Under the pieces are notes generated by a model. It saw only the letters and a program-made list of their open reading frames with translations. It was not told the DNA's origin and did not search any database. DNA of 63,777 bases, the filler included, from Octopus bimaculoides (taxonomy: Eukaryota), in the NCBI RefSeq assembly GCF_001194135.2. It is 4 parts of 4 records of this genome, joined end to end, with 100 filler letters (N's around TTAATTAATTAA, not from the genome) between each part and the next. Parts side by side here need not be neighbours in the genome. Positions count along the whole stretch, not along the records: positions 1 to 14,281 come from NC_068983.1; 3 more parts are not named here. One strand, given 5' to 3'. Below are positions 1 to 12,170 of this stretch, one piece after another (position 1 is the stretch's first letter; every line of letters starts with the position of its first letter). The translations under genes were made by a program, and so were the position numbers.

Positions 1-735
1 TTAATTATTATTGTTTCATCGTTTTGTATGCGTTTAAGTGCAGATATCTCTGATTTGTTAATGTTCGGCCTAACTTTGGTATTTTGTTTTAGGGGGAAGT
101 TTGATAGGGTGTCAATATATTGGTCAAGGTAGGTATTTCTGCCTTTTGGTGGGGTGAAATTTGATTTATTCTTCACTAAAGAATCTTCGGTTTCATTATT
201 ATTTTTATTATTAATATTGGTGGTGAAGAATTCGACAAGTCGGAATTTGCGACAGAATTTCTGGATATCTTCCTTTAGTTCATGGTGGTTGACTGTTGGT
301 GTAGGTGTAAATTTCAGGCCTTTTAACAGAAGTTGGGTTTCATCATTGTCAAGATCTCTTCTGGAAAGATTAATTATCTTAGGGTTTATGTGTCCAGTTG
401 TTTTAGGTATGTTACTTCTTGGAGTGTTTGTTGTCCTGACATTAAAAAATGAATTTTTTTCTGTTTATGGTTACTATTTTTGCTAGTGTTGACTTGAAGT
501 TTATGTTTTCGTTGTGTTATTTTACCTGGTGTTGTTATGTTTGCCTTCCTATTTTCAGAATTAAACATCTTTTTCAATTTGTAAGTATTGGTTTTAGTGA
601 TCTGAGAGGATGGTCTGGTATTGTTTCTGGTTCTAGGTCGGTTTTTTTGCCGGTTTTTTGTAGGTAATCTTTGTTGAGATTTTGAAAATGATCTGGTGTT
701 CCTACGTCTAATGGTCTGATCAGAGAAATATTTAT
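1..735 (-). mobile_element. Penelope-like retroelement, N-terminal part of the RT ORF, running off the window edge
   Basis: A minus-strand frame is open from 464 to the edge: ...KIINLS...LLLKGLKFTPTP...DIQKFCRKFRLVEFF...SNFTPPKGRNTYLDQYID...ISALKRIQNDETIIIK. This is the typical PLE region preceding the IIIKPADKG motif. A basic K/R/N-rich stretch upstream (465-735) is in another frame. Confidence 0.8.
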
Positions 736-1053
736 TTTGTTCATGTTTTTTGTTTATATATATATCTTTTACTCTTTTACTTGTTTCAGTCATTTGNNNN
801 NNNNNNNNNNNNNNNNNNNNNNNNNNNNNNNNNNNNNNNNNNNNNNNNNNNNNNNNNNNNNNNNNNNNNNNNNNNNNNNNNNNNNNNNNNNNNNNNNNNN
901 NNNNNNNNNNNNNNNNNNNNNNNNNNNNNNNNNNNNNNNNNNNNNNNNNNNNNNNNNNNNNNNNNNNNNNNNNNNNNNNNNNNNNNNNNNNNNNNNNNNN
1001 NNNNNNNNNNNNNNNNNNNNNNNNNNNNNNNNNNNNNNATGTATACATATATA

Positions 1054-1280
1054 CGACGGGCTTCTTTCAGTTTCTGTCTACCAAATCCACTCACAAGGCT
1101 TTGGTCGGCCCGATGCTATAGTAGAAGACACTTGCCCAAGGTGCCCCGCAGTGGGACTGAACCAGGAATCATGTGGTTTGTAAGCAAGCTACTTACCATC
1201 CAGCCACTCCTGCGCCTATGGCTACTTACCACCCAGCCACTCCTGCGCCTATAGCTACTTACCACACAGCCCCTCCTATA
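1054..1280 (-). mobile_element. tRNA-derived SINE family A, 5' half, with tandemly triplicated head
   Basis: Reverse complement of the GGAGTGGCTGTGTGGTAAG...GGTTCAGTCCCACTGCG...AAAGAAGCCCGTCG consensus seen many times in the window (pol III A/B-box-like motifs). Confidence 0.85.
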
Positions 1281-2299
1281 TATATATATATATCTTTTGT
1301 ACAGAAACATCTTTAGCTGGTAGACATCAAAATTGTAATTGTTGGTACATTATGTTTGCTTGGTGGGAAAAGTGGGACAACTAATCACAAATGGCTCTAG
1401 GGAATATAAAGAAAGGATTGAAATAATTGTTTCATAGGGAAGAAGAACAAATGATATCATATGTAACGAAGCATATACAACTGACCTTTTCACTGTTCTT
1501 TGTTAGAATGTTTCGAAAGTCTGAAATTTTACTTACCTAAAAAGAAAAAGAAAAAATATATTGAATTTATAAATTTTATAATCATGTCAGCAATAATAAA
1601 CACATTGAGTAATCCATAGTAACTAACTGTAACGAAACGTTGCAAGAATTGGCGGAATTTAAGAATAGCTCTATCTTGAAGCCTTATAATACTTCATGGG
1701 AAGCGAAAAGTGTACGGAAATATAGAGTAGGTAATAATACTCTCGTTTTTCTTTTCTCATTTCTTTTTGCTGCTATTTAATTTGAAGAAAATGTAACAAA
1801 TGTAACCCTGTGTACTGAAAACAAGTCATTAATGAAATAATTACCAGAAAAGTCTTCCGGTGTGTCGAAACTGAATGATAAAAATAATTATTATTGCGTT
1901 AAGAATGTTCGCAAACTTTCCTCTCCTCATAATCTCGTCAACATTAATGAAATTATATATCTAAGAATTCACCATACCTTTTACTTTCAGCTTCAAGATA
2001 TGTCAGCATAAGAGAGTGGGTAGAAGTAGAATAATGATTTTAGCTTATACACAAACGAAGGTAATCTTCTTTCTCTCCTCCCCTCCTCTCTCTCTCAATC
2101 ACATGCACACAGAAACTATATATCTTGCACTAGCTTAACTTCTAAGCAGTGACCATATTGGAACATGCATATATTTGGTGAATAAAGTACTTAGAAATAT
2201 TTCTTAACATTGGTTGTTTTACATGGAGTATCGCTAAATGGGACAGATTTTACCAATATTTCACTGATATCTGGGACGACAATATCAAAACAATATTTT

Positions 2300-2620
2300 A
2301 GGTGGCGAGCTGGCAGGATGGTCAGCATGTCAGGCAAATTACTTTGCAGCATTTCGTCCGTTTTTACATTTTGATCTCAAATTCTGCCAAGGTCGACTTT
2401 GCCTTTCATATTTTCGAGGTCGATAAAATAAGTACCAGTTGAACACTGGAGTTGAGGAAATCGATTTATCCCCTCCACCGAAATTGCTAGCCTTGTACCA
2501 TCACCGCTTGACAACCGGTGTTGGTATGTTTACGTCCTCGTGACTTAGCGGTTCGGCAAAACGGAATGATTGAATAACTACTAGGCTTAGCAAAAAGGAA
2601 ATCCAGTATAGCCGCAGTCA
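2300..2620 (+). mobile_element. SINE family B (Deu/Nin-like core) fused to the 3' half of family A
   Basis: Head GGCGAGCTGGCAG, core GCCTTTCAT..TTTCG.GGTCGATAAAATAAGTACCAG, then CGCTTGACAACCGGTGTTGG...TTAGCGGTTCGGC shared with family A. The Deu/Nin assignment is from memory. Confidence 0.7.
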
Positions 2621-4121
2621 AAGGACTGAAAAAAAAGAATAAAAAAATACAACAGGCTTCTTTCAGTTTCCTACCAAATACACCCAAAAGGTTTTGATCT
2701 GTCTGAGGCTATAGCAAGGCAGTTGACTTAGGTGCCACGCAGTGGGGATTGAATCAGAACAATGTGACTGGGAAGTAAACGTCTAACTAAACTCCTGCGT
2801 CTGCGCCAGAAAAATTTGTACGGATTTCAATGACTATCTTACATCCTATTATAAAGATGGTGGTTGATTTGAAGAGGTGGTAGAGCGTTGGATAAAATGC
2901 CTTGTGCTATTTACTTCTATATTTTTACGATCTCACCAACGTCAACTTTGTCCTTCATCAATCCGGGTTCGATAATATAAAGCTCCCCGGCTTCTTCAAG
3001 TGAGTAGCTATTGTTTAGAATCTCGAACGAATCTTCTTTGAGCAGCTCGGGTTTTAAGTATGAATGAACAACAAATGGCTTTAGTATTCTTGTAATTACA
3101 GTAAAACGCATTATGAACTATTATTTGCTTTGAAAGACATATAATCGAAACAATGCTACACAATTTGTATATGTACGTGATGTATGTGTATTGTAACCAC
3201 TATTATAGTTCATTAAATGAAGGGATGGCAAGACTACAAGAAGGGTTAGGCTATTCCTTGATAATCTGAAAGCACGCACAGACAGAAAAGAAGAATTAAA
3301 CATGTAGAGAATTTTATTGAGGTACAGTTGAGAAAGTAGTATTGTGGAAGAAAAAAGTTGTTCTAAGACATTAAAAACCGAGGGGAAAATGCTATCTTTA
3401 AAAGTGCGTAGGTAGGCTGTCAGAATTGCGTTATTTTATTATATTCTTGGAGAAAATTTAGATTAATACTATGTGGGGGTGTATGAAAGACATGCAAGTT
3501 AGAAGGGAGCGGTGAGATGAAAAGTGTGACGTGAGACACAAAGAATAGTGTTGGGGAAAAATATAGTGCGAGATAAAAAGAGCTGTGTGGGACAAAAAAT
3601 GTATAGAGGGACAGCAGCGTCACTAGAAAGTAAGGAGAAGGGGTGAGGAAGCGGCCCGTTCTGAGCGGCGTTTGTATGGGAACAGCACTTTTGGGTCTGC
3701 TGTTTATGCCTGAATTAGGGGAAGAGGCAGAAAACTTAAGGGCTACTCTGAGGCCACACCCTCTAGTTACGTTATTAGAAGGGAATAGAAAGAGTGGAAA
3801 GAAAAATTGTTTATCGATTCGAGTAATATATCAATGATAAAACCAAAAAATGCTTATGTTGACAGAAGTCACGGTCATGAAAACGAATTGGAGAAGATAA
3901 TCAGAACAATGAGTTGTTATAGTCTTGTTTAACCGCAGGTCAGTTCTGAATCAGGAGATCCTCTAGTCCAAAGTATTCCACTCGTGAACATCCGAGGCCA
4001 AGGTATTATTTATTTATTTATTTATGTGTTTCAGCCAAGTGGCTGCGGTCATGCTGGTGCACCACCGTGAGGTGCAATTCTTGGAAAAGAATCAAGTGTT
4101 AAGTTGTTACAGAGTTTTTCC

Positions 4122-4296
4122 GGTAATTTTTCAGATTAACACCCGCACGATTACCTAACCCTAACCGTAACACTAACCCTAATCCTAACCCTAAACCCTA
4201 ACCCTAATCGTAGCCCTAAAACCCTAACCCTGACCCTACAACCCTAACCCTAACACCCTAGTGAAAATCGTGCGAGTGTTAATCTGAAAAATTACC
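4122..4296. mobile_element. 175-bp MITE with 31-bp TIRs, 8-bp TSD and a degenerate (CCCTAA)n core; Merlin-like
   Basis: TIR GGTAATTTTTCAGATTAACAC(C/T)CGCACGATT at 4122-4152 and 4266-4296 (1 mismatch). TSD GTTTTTCC at 4114-4121 and 4297-4304. Confidence 0.85.
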
Positions 4297-5949
4297 GTTT
4301 TTCCATTGACTTTCGACCCAAACCGGTGAATATTAAACCAATACACTCTCTTGAGATTAGCCCTAGTTTCCTGATGTTGAGCAGTTGAGAGATAGCGTTT
4401 CGTCTAGTGAGAACACCAATCTTGCTGCAGGTAAAATTCTTGATTCATCCACATGTAGGATGAATTGAATTATATAAAATTAAGTGTAATGTGCACAGAT
4501 ATGAGACATTTGTAGCGGACTGGAACTCCATGCACCTGAGTTAGTATAATAATATATCCCCTTGGTCATTTCGTATCTGTACTCAAAGAATGGATGTACG
4601 TTACCGCCGATACACTCACCTAGCTTTGCCAAAATTAAATGTTGACATCCATATGACGCCTTTGTAAATTATAAATTGTTTCGGCGTTAATGGGTAATTT
4701 CAGTGTCATCTTGGAATGATCTCTTGGATTGCAAAATCCTATTATTTTTTGGCATTATAGGCGGAAATGATTGGATTACTTAATAAACCTTAATAAAATA
4801 ATACAAATATATTCTGATAACATCACCAATGTTATTATATGCTGTAAAGAAGCTTTGATATACAGGATAGAAATTACTAACTGCTGTGTGCTAAAAAACA
4901 AAAAAAAATGTTAAGCTATTGTTTTAGATCCTGTGAAACATAAAATATGAGCAAAAGTAATTATTTTTGTTTACTGTGTGAACAATCATCTCATTGTGTG
5001 ACTAGTTAACATAAGAGTCATGCCGACTTGCCTAGGAACATATTATGACTATGCAAGAACAAAGGAGAGGGAAAGAAAAATTGAAATAAAACACTAAAAG
5101 TAGTGGGGAGCTGGAAATAAACAGTAACGACACAGACGAATAAAAATTGGAAGCATTGGAGTGAGAAATAATTATGAACAGTTGGCGATACAATAGTGAT
5201 GAATCAGAAGACCTGAAGTGTTAGATTTGGCGGAAAAAAAAAATCTACCCAAGTTACATTAGAAAGGGGAGATCATCACATTAACGTAAATCAAATGATT
5301 TCACGAATCAACCGCATTTCAGTAGCCTCTTGTTTAGTACAGTGGATAAACACAATTTTTATTTCAAAAGTACAATTTTCCTTCAAACTGAAAATATGAA
5401 ATGTATTTTTATTTATTATTATCACTATGATTATATATTATTTTACATTTTGTGCAAATATCTATTTTGTAGTCGAGAAAGATATCCACTTGGTTGTGAT
5501 GGCTAGCTATGTCAATTTCATTCAACGTGTATTAATTAACCGAATCACTGAGTTGTAAATTCCAATTATTTGTAGCAATGTACATGGAAATAATTGGATA
5601 ATTGAATGAATATTGATAATACAATACAAATACGCTCTAATAAGAGCATCCATCATGTTAGTAAATGCTGATGCCTTTAGTAACATTGATGCCATTAGAG
5701 CTAAGTAGGTTTTGAACCACACGAGCCGTCGCATTGGCCAGCCTGTAATCAGATCAAGTTCTGATCCCACGTCAAAGCAGACCGAAATGACTGATACAGT
5801 CTGGTTTAAGGCTGAATCTTCCCAAACAGTCAGGTACTAATTCCTGACAAAAGGATCAGTAGCAACTTTTTAGAATGGCCCGCTTTAGATTTTTTTAAAC
5901 TTTTGCCCATGACCTACAAGTTTATAATATATCTTACATATAAACATAC

Positions 5950-6340
5950 AGGTGCAGGAGTGGCTGTGTGGTAAGAAGCTTGCTTCCCAACCACATGGTT
6001 CCGGGTTCAGCCCCACTGCGTGGCATCTTGGGCAAGTGTCTTCTACTATAGCCTCGGGCTGACCAAGGCCTTGTGAGTGGATTTGGTAGACGGAATCTGA
6101 AAGAAGACCGTCGTGTGTGTGTGTATGTATATATATATATATGTGTGTGTGTGTGCGTGTGTGTGTGTTTGTCCCCCCACCATCGCTTGACAACCAACGT
6201 TGGTGTATTTACGTCCCTGTAACTTAGCGGTTCGGCAATAGAGATGGATAGAATAACTACTAGGCTTACAAAGAATAAGTCCTGGGGTCAGGTGGTGTTC
6301 CAGCATGGCCGCAGTCAAATGACTGAAACAAGTAAAAGAA
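5950..6340 (+). mobile_element. SINE family A, near full length
   Basis: tRNA-like head, internal (TG)n/(TA)n tract, core CGCTTGACAACC...TTAGCGGTTCGGC and tail CAGCATGGCCGCAGTCAAATGACTGAAACAAGTAAAAGA. Confidence 0.9.
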
Positions 6341-6749
6341 TATCCATACGCATCCTGGCAAATCGTGTCACAAAAGGTTATCCAAAGGCTATCAACTACT
6401 CAATTTTAAAGCACTTCAATGGTCTTTTTATTGGCCGCTGTCCACCTGTTTGTTTGAGCTCTGCAAATATCTGTCAAGAAGTAATGAACTATCCGCTGCA
6501 GGTTTGAACTCATGGCCTGTGTATGTGTCGTTCAATATCATAATCATTCAGTCATCTTGTCCGCACTCTATTACATCTGAACTTCAATAAACATCAGGTG
6601 AAATGACGGCAGTAATAATGGTATTTCGATGTTTTAGATTAAACTGGTTTTCTTAAAGATTATTTTTCTTCTGAACAAAATATGGCTATCAAAATAAGAA
6701 AAAAGCAACAAGAGACTGATGAGCATCTTTCTCTCTTAAAAAAAACAAA

Positions 6750-6783
<34 letters not shown>

Positions 6784-8426
6784 AGAAAAAAACATGCAAC
6801 AGGGCAAAAACGTTTCAAAGTAAGTAGCTATCATTCAAAACGCAATGATTAATATTTACTCCCGATTAAAGATTAATAACAACCTATGATTAGAATCTTG
6901 AACTTTTCTATCTCGGTGGTTCACACCTGTAACTCATATGGTAAGAAGAAACAACAGTTGCTGCTGGCATTGAAATTGCTGAAGCTGTTTCTTACCGGCC
7001 CACCGACCTAAATTAACAGTGTCAGACAATAGATTCTGTAACCATTTTCTCACAAAAATATACTTCAGTAATCTCGGCTCCATTCCAGTTACAACAGGCA
7101 AGTGGCAGAGAATTAACTTTTAACAGCAAAGTGCTTATCCATTCCAGAAATATTCCTTATTTTTTCGGGAGGAACGAAGTACTGGAAATAAAACTAAAAA
7201 TCCTTAACAACTACTTGCAAGATAAACAAATAGAACAAAAATATAAAGCCCCTCGTCTGGTAAGTATCAAAAAATTACATTTCCACTTGTTCTTACCAGC
7301 CAGCCAGCCCACCCGCATCTCAAACAAATAGTAACAATTATTACCATATGCATAAATAAGTTGTATTTATAAAAGAAAATTGCCGGCCACAAAATGTGTA
7401 GAGTACAGTTTAGTATATCCCAAATAGACATGCAACTATATTGCATAGCGGGATATATTAAACACACACCTTGGCCGTGCACAGCAGTACTGATAAACGA
7501 GGTTAGTAAATATATAAGGGCTGCCAGGCTTTTCAGATGCCACCATTTCCATAATCAGTAATCACATTTATATGACTTAAGTTTTTAGCAGAATTATAAC
7601 TGTATCATTAATTAGAAAAAGCCTTTCCTTGTTACAAATATCATGCAATGCTATTTTTAAGTACCCAGAATAAGAAATTAAAACGTAAATAGTAATTTTT
7701 GAAACAAATAAAAAAAAATTTATTAATTAGGAATAATCGATAGGAAATTAGAGTTGTGTTTTCTTCAAGAACAGACTATAAGAACTGCAGAGAAAAATGC
7801 ACTTACGACTCAGGTGCTAGAGAACTGATCTCTACTTACCCAGTATATCTGCATTCAACAAAATATAAACAGAAATATGACCATCACTACTCTGCTGCTT
7901 CACAGCTGTTTAGGTATAGCCCTAAGTGATCCAATCCTTTTCTCTCATTCCTCAAATAGATTCGACCGTTGTCAGTATATGAATCATGCCGGATCTTGAC
8001 TGGTTTTCAACATAAGTAGCTTAAGTTAGAACTTAGCTAGAAATGCTAGAACATAACTGGGAGAGTATATTTATCTCCAAACAATACAGTAATACTTGGG
8101 TAGAGTAGAAATGTTTGACCTAATCTTACGAAGTCAGCTGCCAGCTACAATATCTTATTTACCCAATATATACATATATGAAACCAAAGCCGTCACTCAC
8201 GAGCTTGTATGACCTTGGTAGTAAGTACAATACTTTCGGTAGTTGTTTCAGATGACAATGCCGTAGTGGTCCACCCAACCTTGGCCCGGCAGAACATCAA
8301 GGACGTTAGAGAAGGTGAGAACTACACTCGTACTCGACTGCTACTCATCGGCTGAATAGAACAGCGTAACATGAAGTACACTGCTCAAAGAGGCAACGCG
8401 CCGCCGGTCCAATGTGTGTGTGTGTG

Positions 8427-8465
<39 letters not shown>

Positions 8466-8889
8466 NNNNNNNNNNNNNNNNNNNNNNNNNNNNNNNNNNN
8501 NNNNNNNNNNNNNNNNNNNNNNNNNNNNNNNNNNNNNNNNNNNNNNNNNNNNNNNNNNNNNNNNNNNNNNNNNNNNNNNNNNNNNNNNNNNNNNNNNNNN
8601 NNNNNNNNNNNNNNNNNNNNNNNNNNNNNNNNNNNNNNNNNNNNNNNNNNNNNNNNNNNNNNNNNNNNNNNNNNNNNNNNNNNNNNNNNNNNNNNNNNNN
8701 NNNNNNNNNNNNNNNNNNNNNNNNNNNNNNNNNNNNNNNNNNNNNNNNNNNNNNNNNNNNNNNNNNNNNNNNNNNNNNNNNNNNNNNNNNNNNNNNNNNN
8801 NNNNNNNNNNNNNNNNNNNNNNNNNNNNNNNNNNNNNNNNNNNNNNNNNNNNNNNNNNNNNNNNNNNNNNNNNNNTATATATATATAAA

Positions 8890-9398
8890 GTAGTTGTATG
8901 ATGTCAACTTAATGTGACAGTCCCATGAAGGGAATAATACTACTGCTATTTAGCTCTAGGAAGCTGCACCGCTTCCTGTCGGCCTTGACACATTTCCTGT
9001 GTCCTTATGTTTACAAGGGGGAGAGAAGCACCCCCACCCAGCTAAGCCTGCATCCAGAGACATGTTTCTGAGTCTTTGCTTGTCATTAGTCTGGAGTAGC
9101 ATGATTTGCCAGTTGGAGATGCCTGTCAAGCTCTTGTAAACATATAATAATTCTAGAGAAATACATTCACTGATTTCAAAAATAGAAATAATACATTTCT
9201 TACTCTTAGAAAGACTCAGAAGTATGTCTCTGGATGCAGGCTTAGCTGGGTGGGGGTGCTTGTCCCCGCCCTCGTAAACATAAGGACACAGGAAATGTGT
9301 CAAGGCCGACAGGAAGCGGTGCAGCTTCTTAGGGCTAAATAGCAGTAGTATTATTCCCTTCATGGGACTGTCACCTTAAGTTGACAGCATACAACTAC
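8890..9398. mobile_element. Foldback / long-TIR non-autonomous element, copy 1
   Basis: About 188-bp inverted arms (8890-9077 and 9210-9398) with GTAGTTGTATG...CATACAACTAC termini and a 132-bp spacer. A homologous copy lies at 50066-50412. Confidence 0.9.
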
Positions 9399-9510
9399 TT
9401 TAAAATATATATATTATTAGTAATAATAGTTAGTAAAACCTTAATATTAGTGATTTGTACACATGTACATAATGTCGACATTTTTTTCGCGATGTTAATT
9501 ACTATAAGAA

Positions 9511-10430
9511 ATGCCGAAGCAAAAAGAGATCAGTGTTAACTTAAGAAAAAAATTGTAGAAGCTCGTGTCTAGCGACGGATACAGGAAGGTTTCTAAACGA
9601 TTTTCAGTCAAGGTACTGACTATTCAATCAATTATTAAGAAATATGGAACCTACAGTTGTTGGCAAATAAAAGAAAAAAAGAGCAGAAGAAAACGAAAGT
9701 TGTTAGACGAGCTCAGGCAAAGGTTGGTGAGAAGAGTAGAGCATAAAGCGAGAACAACTGCAAAAGAGGTCAACGAGCAGGCTAGGCAGCTGGGTGTGAA
9801 TGTTTCATCAACCGCAAAGAGGGCATCGAGGTCATTTGGGCTCCGCTGGAGCCGATCGAGAATCTCTCCTTCCTCAGGCCCCGTCACATTAAGGCTCGAC
9901 GAAACTATGTAAAAAAACATGTTAAACAAACCTGAAAAGCTTTGGTCGAAGGTTCTTTGGTCCAACGAGACCAAAATTGAACTTTTTGGCTACAACATGA
10001 ACGCAGTTTGGCGGAAAGCTAAGCAGGCGTTTCGCCCCCCAAAACACCATTTCTACCATGAAGCATGGCAGTGGGAATTTAATGTTTTAGGGGTGTTTTT
10101 CAGCAGCCGGCTCAGGACGACTAGCTGTCATCAAAGACAAGATGAGCAAAGAGGATTACGTCAAAATATTAGACGAGAATCTTCGAGTGTCAGCAGAAGT
10201 GTTGTGGCTTGGAGACAATTGGATCTTGCAGCAAGACAATAATCTGAAGCATAAGTTGAAATTAGCGACTGCTTGGCTCGGCATTAATGACACCGACGTT
10301 TTGCAATGGCCATCTCAATCGCCGGGCTTGAATCCGATTGAAAATCTTTGGTGCCAAACATATTAAGAAAAGACACTCACCAAATCTGAACGTTTTAGAG
10401 ACGGTTGAATATGAGGAACGGGCAAAAGTT
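9511..10430 (+). mobile_element. Degenerate Tc1/mariner transposase
   Basis: Frameshifted pieces: MPKQKEIS...GYRKVSKRF (paired-like HTH), KVLWSNETKIELFG, KHGSG...WGCFS, WILQQDNNLKH and WPSQSPGLNPIENLW (DD34E region). The right end is lost in the gap at 10484. Confidence 0.9.
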
Positions 10431-11800
10431 GATTAAAAATGTGTGTTAAATTAGATTCTAATTATACAAAAAAAAAAAAAAAGNNNNNNNNNNNNNNNNN
10501 NNNNNNNNNNNNNNNNNNNNNNNNNNNNNNNNNNNNNNNNNNNNNNNNNNNNNNNNNNNNNNNNNNNNNNNNNNNNNNNNNNNNNNNNNNNNNNNNNNNN
10601 NNNNNNNNNNNNNNNNNNNNNNNNNNNNNNNNNNNNNNNNNNNNNNNNNNNNNNNNNNNNNNNNNNNNNNNNNNNNNNNNNNNNNNNNNNNNNNNNNNNN
10701 NNNNNNNNNNNNNNNNNNNNNNNNNNNNNNNNNNNNNNNNNNNNNNNNNNNNNNNNNNNNNNNNNNNNNNNNNNNNNNNNNNNNNNNNNNNNNNNNNNNN
10801 NNNNNNNNNNNNNNNNNNNNNNNNNNNNNNNNNNNNNNNNNNNNNNNNNNNNNNNNNGGGGGGGGGGGGGGAATTGCGAACTGAACCAGCAGTTGTATGA
10901 CAGAACGACTAACTTCACCATCATTATAATATAAAGATTGTATAACGATATACATTTCCACATTCACTGTGTGTATGAGGAGGGATGTATGCATTGGATT
11001 GTGATGTCTGGAATGCTATTGTGTTATTTATCTTATAGTGGGTTATCGAAACGCATGTAATACTTAAATGATAAGACATCGGATTTGGAATTACAAATGT
11101 ATGCAGAACTATGATAATTTTCATCCCACCATACTATGGCCACCAACTGTGTACTTCATTTACCGGGCAACGTTAGTACCCTTCACGTTTGCTACTAAAT
11201 TATTCTTTCTATTATTCATAGAAATTAGTCTTAGTCGTCGTCGTTATCAACATTATCTTAACTGAAGATATTTCGAAACACCCAGGAAGGGTAAAGTTTT
11301 ATTACAGAGTATAGAAAGGGATTGGCATGTCAAGAGATTTCATTTTGATGAATTAGTAAAGATGCTGGTCTCAGCACATAATGAGATGAAAAGATGACTG
11401 ATTTCACACACAGTGTTAGATTTGTTACTGATAACAGGATACAGAGATCAGAGAATGAAAATGAGGAAGCAGCGGGGGCCATGTTGCTGAAACGAGGGGA
11501 GAGAAACAAATGAGATGGCACCTATGCAGGTTAGCTTTTCCCAAGACGACAAAATTGAAAAGTTAATGCGGTTAATGTGAAGTTGAAAGAGTTGAAAATT
11601 ATCCGCTGATACATAGACAGGAAGATTGTGAGATATAAGTAGTTTATTGCTGACATTAGAGACTCGTTTCAACAGACGACAGAATAATGGCGAATATCAC
11701 TTTGCTATGAGGCATCCCCTCTGGAATCAAGACACGGTCATGCACGCACACTATAAATACATACTACTATGCATGATTAAGCACATACATAGTAATATGT

Positions 11801-12170
11801 AGGTGTGACTGTGTGGTAAGAAGCATGCTTCCGCACATGATTCCGGGTTCAGTCCCACTGCGTAGCACCTTGGGGAGATCTCTTCTACTATAGCCTCGGG
11901 CCGACCAAAGACTTGTGGGTGGATTTGGTAGACAGAAACTGAAAGAAGCCTGTAGGTGTGTGTGTGTGTGTGTGTGTGACTTCATGTCTGTGTTTGTCCC
12001 GCCCCCACCGCTTGACAACCGGTGTTGGTGTGTTTATGTCCCTGTAATTTAGCGGTTCGGCAAAAGAGAAGGATAGAATAAGTATCAGGCTTAAAAAAAA
12101 ATCCTGGGAGCGATTCAAAAGTTTTTCAGGGTGGTGCCCCAGCATGACCGCGATCTAATGACTGAAATAA
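11801..12170 (+). mobile_element. SINE family A, near full length
   Basis: Same head, core and tail as 5950-6340. Confidence 0.85.

Noticed and set aside
154-486. 110-aa plus-strand ORF
   Set aside because: It is the antisense shadow of the Penelope-like RT frame.
4153-4265. Chromosome end or telomere-fusion site
   Set aside because: The repeats are degenerate, in a single orientation, and enclosed by TIRs and a TSD, so they are transposon cargo.
8956-9363. 135-aa ORF and its look-alike at 50122-50346 as a duplicated gene
   Set aside because: Both derive from the palindromic arms of the foldback element.
8881-9407. Target-site duplication for the foldback family
   Set aside because: TA could fit copy 1 but not copy 2, and no 8-9-bp duplication exists in either. 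The superfamily is left unassigned.
11262-11280. CTGAAGA-TATTTC-GAAAC as a hammerhead
   Set aside because: No stem II, no NUH after helix III and no stem I pairing.
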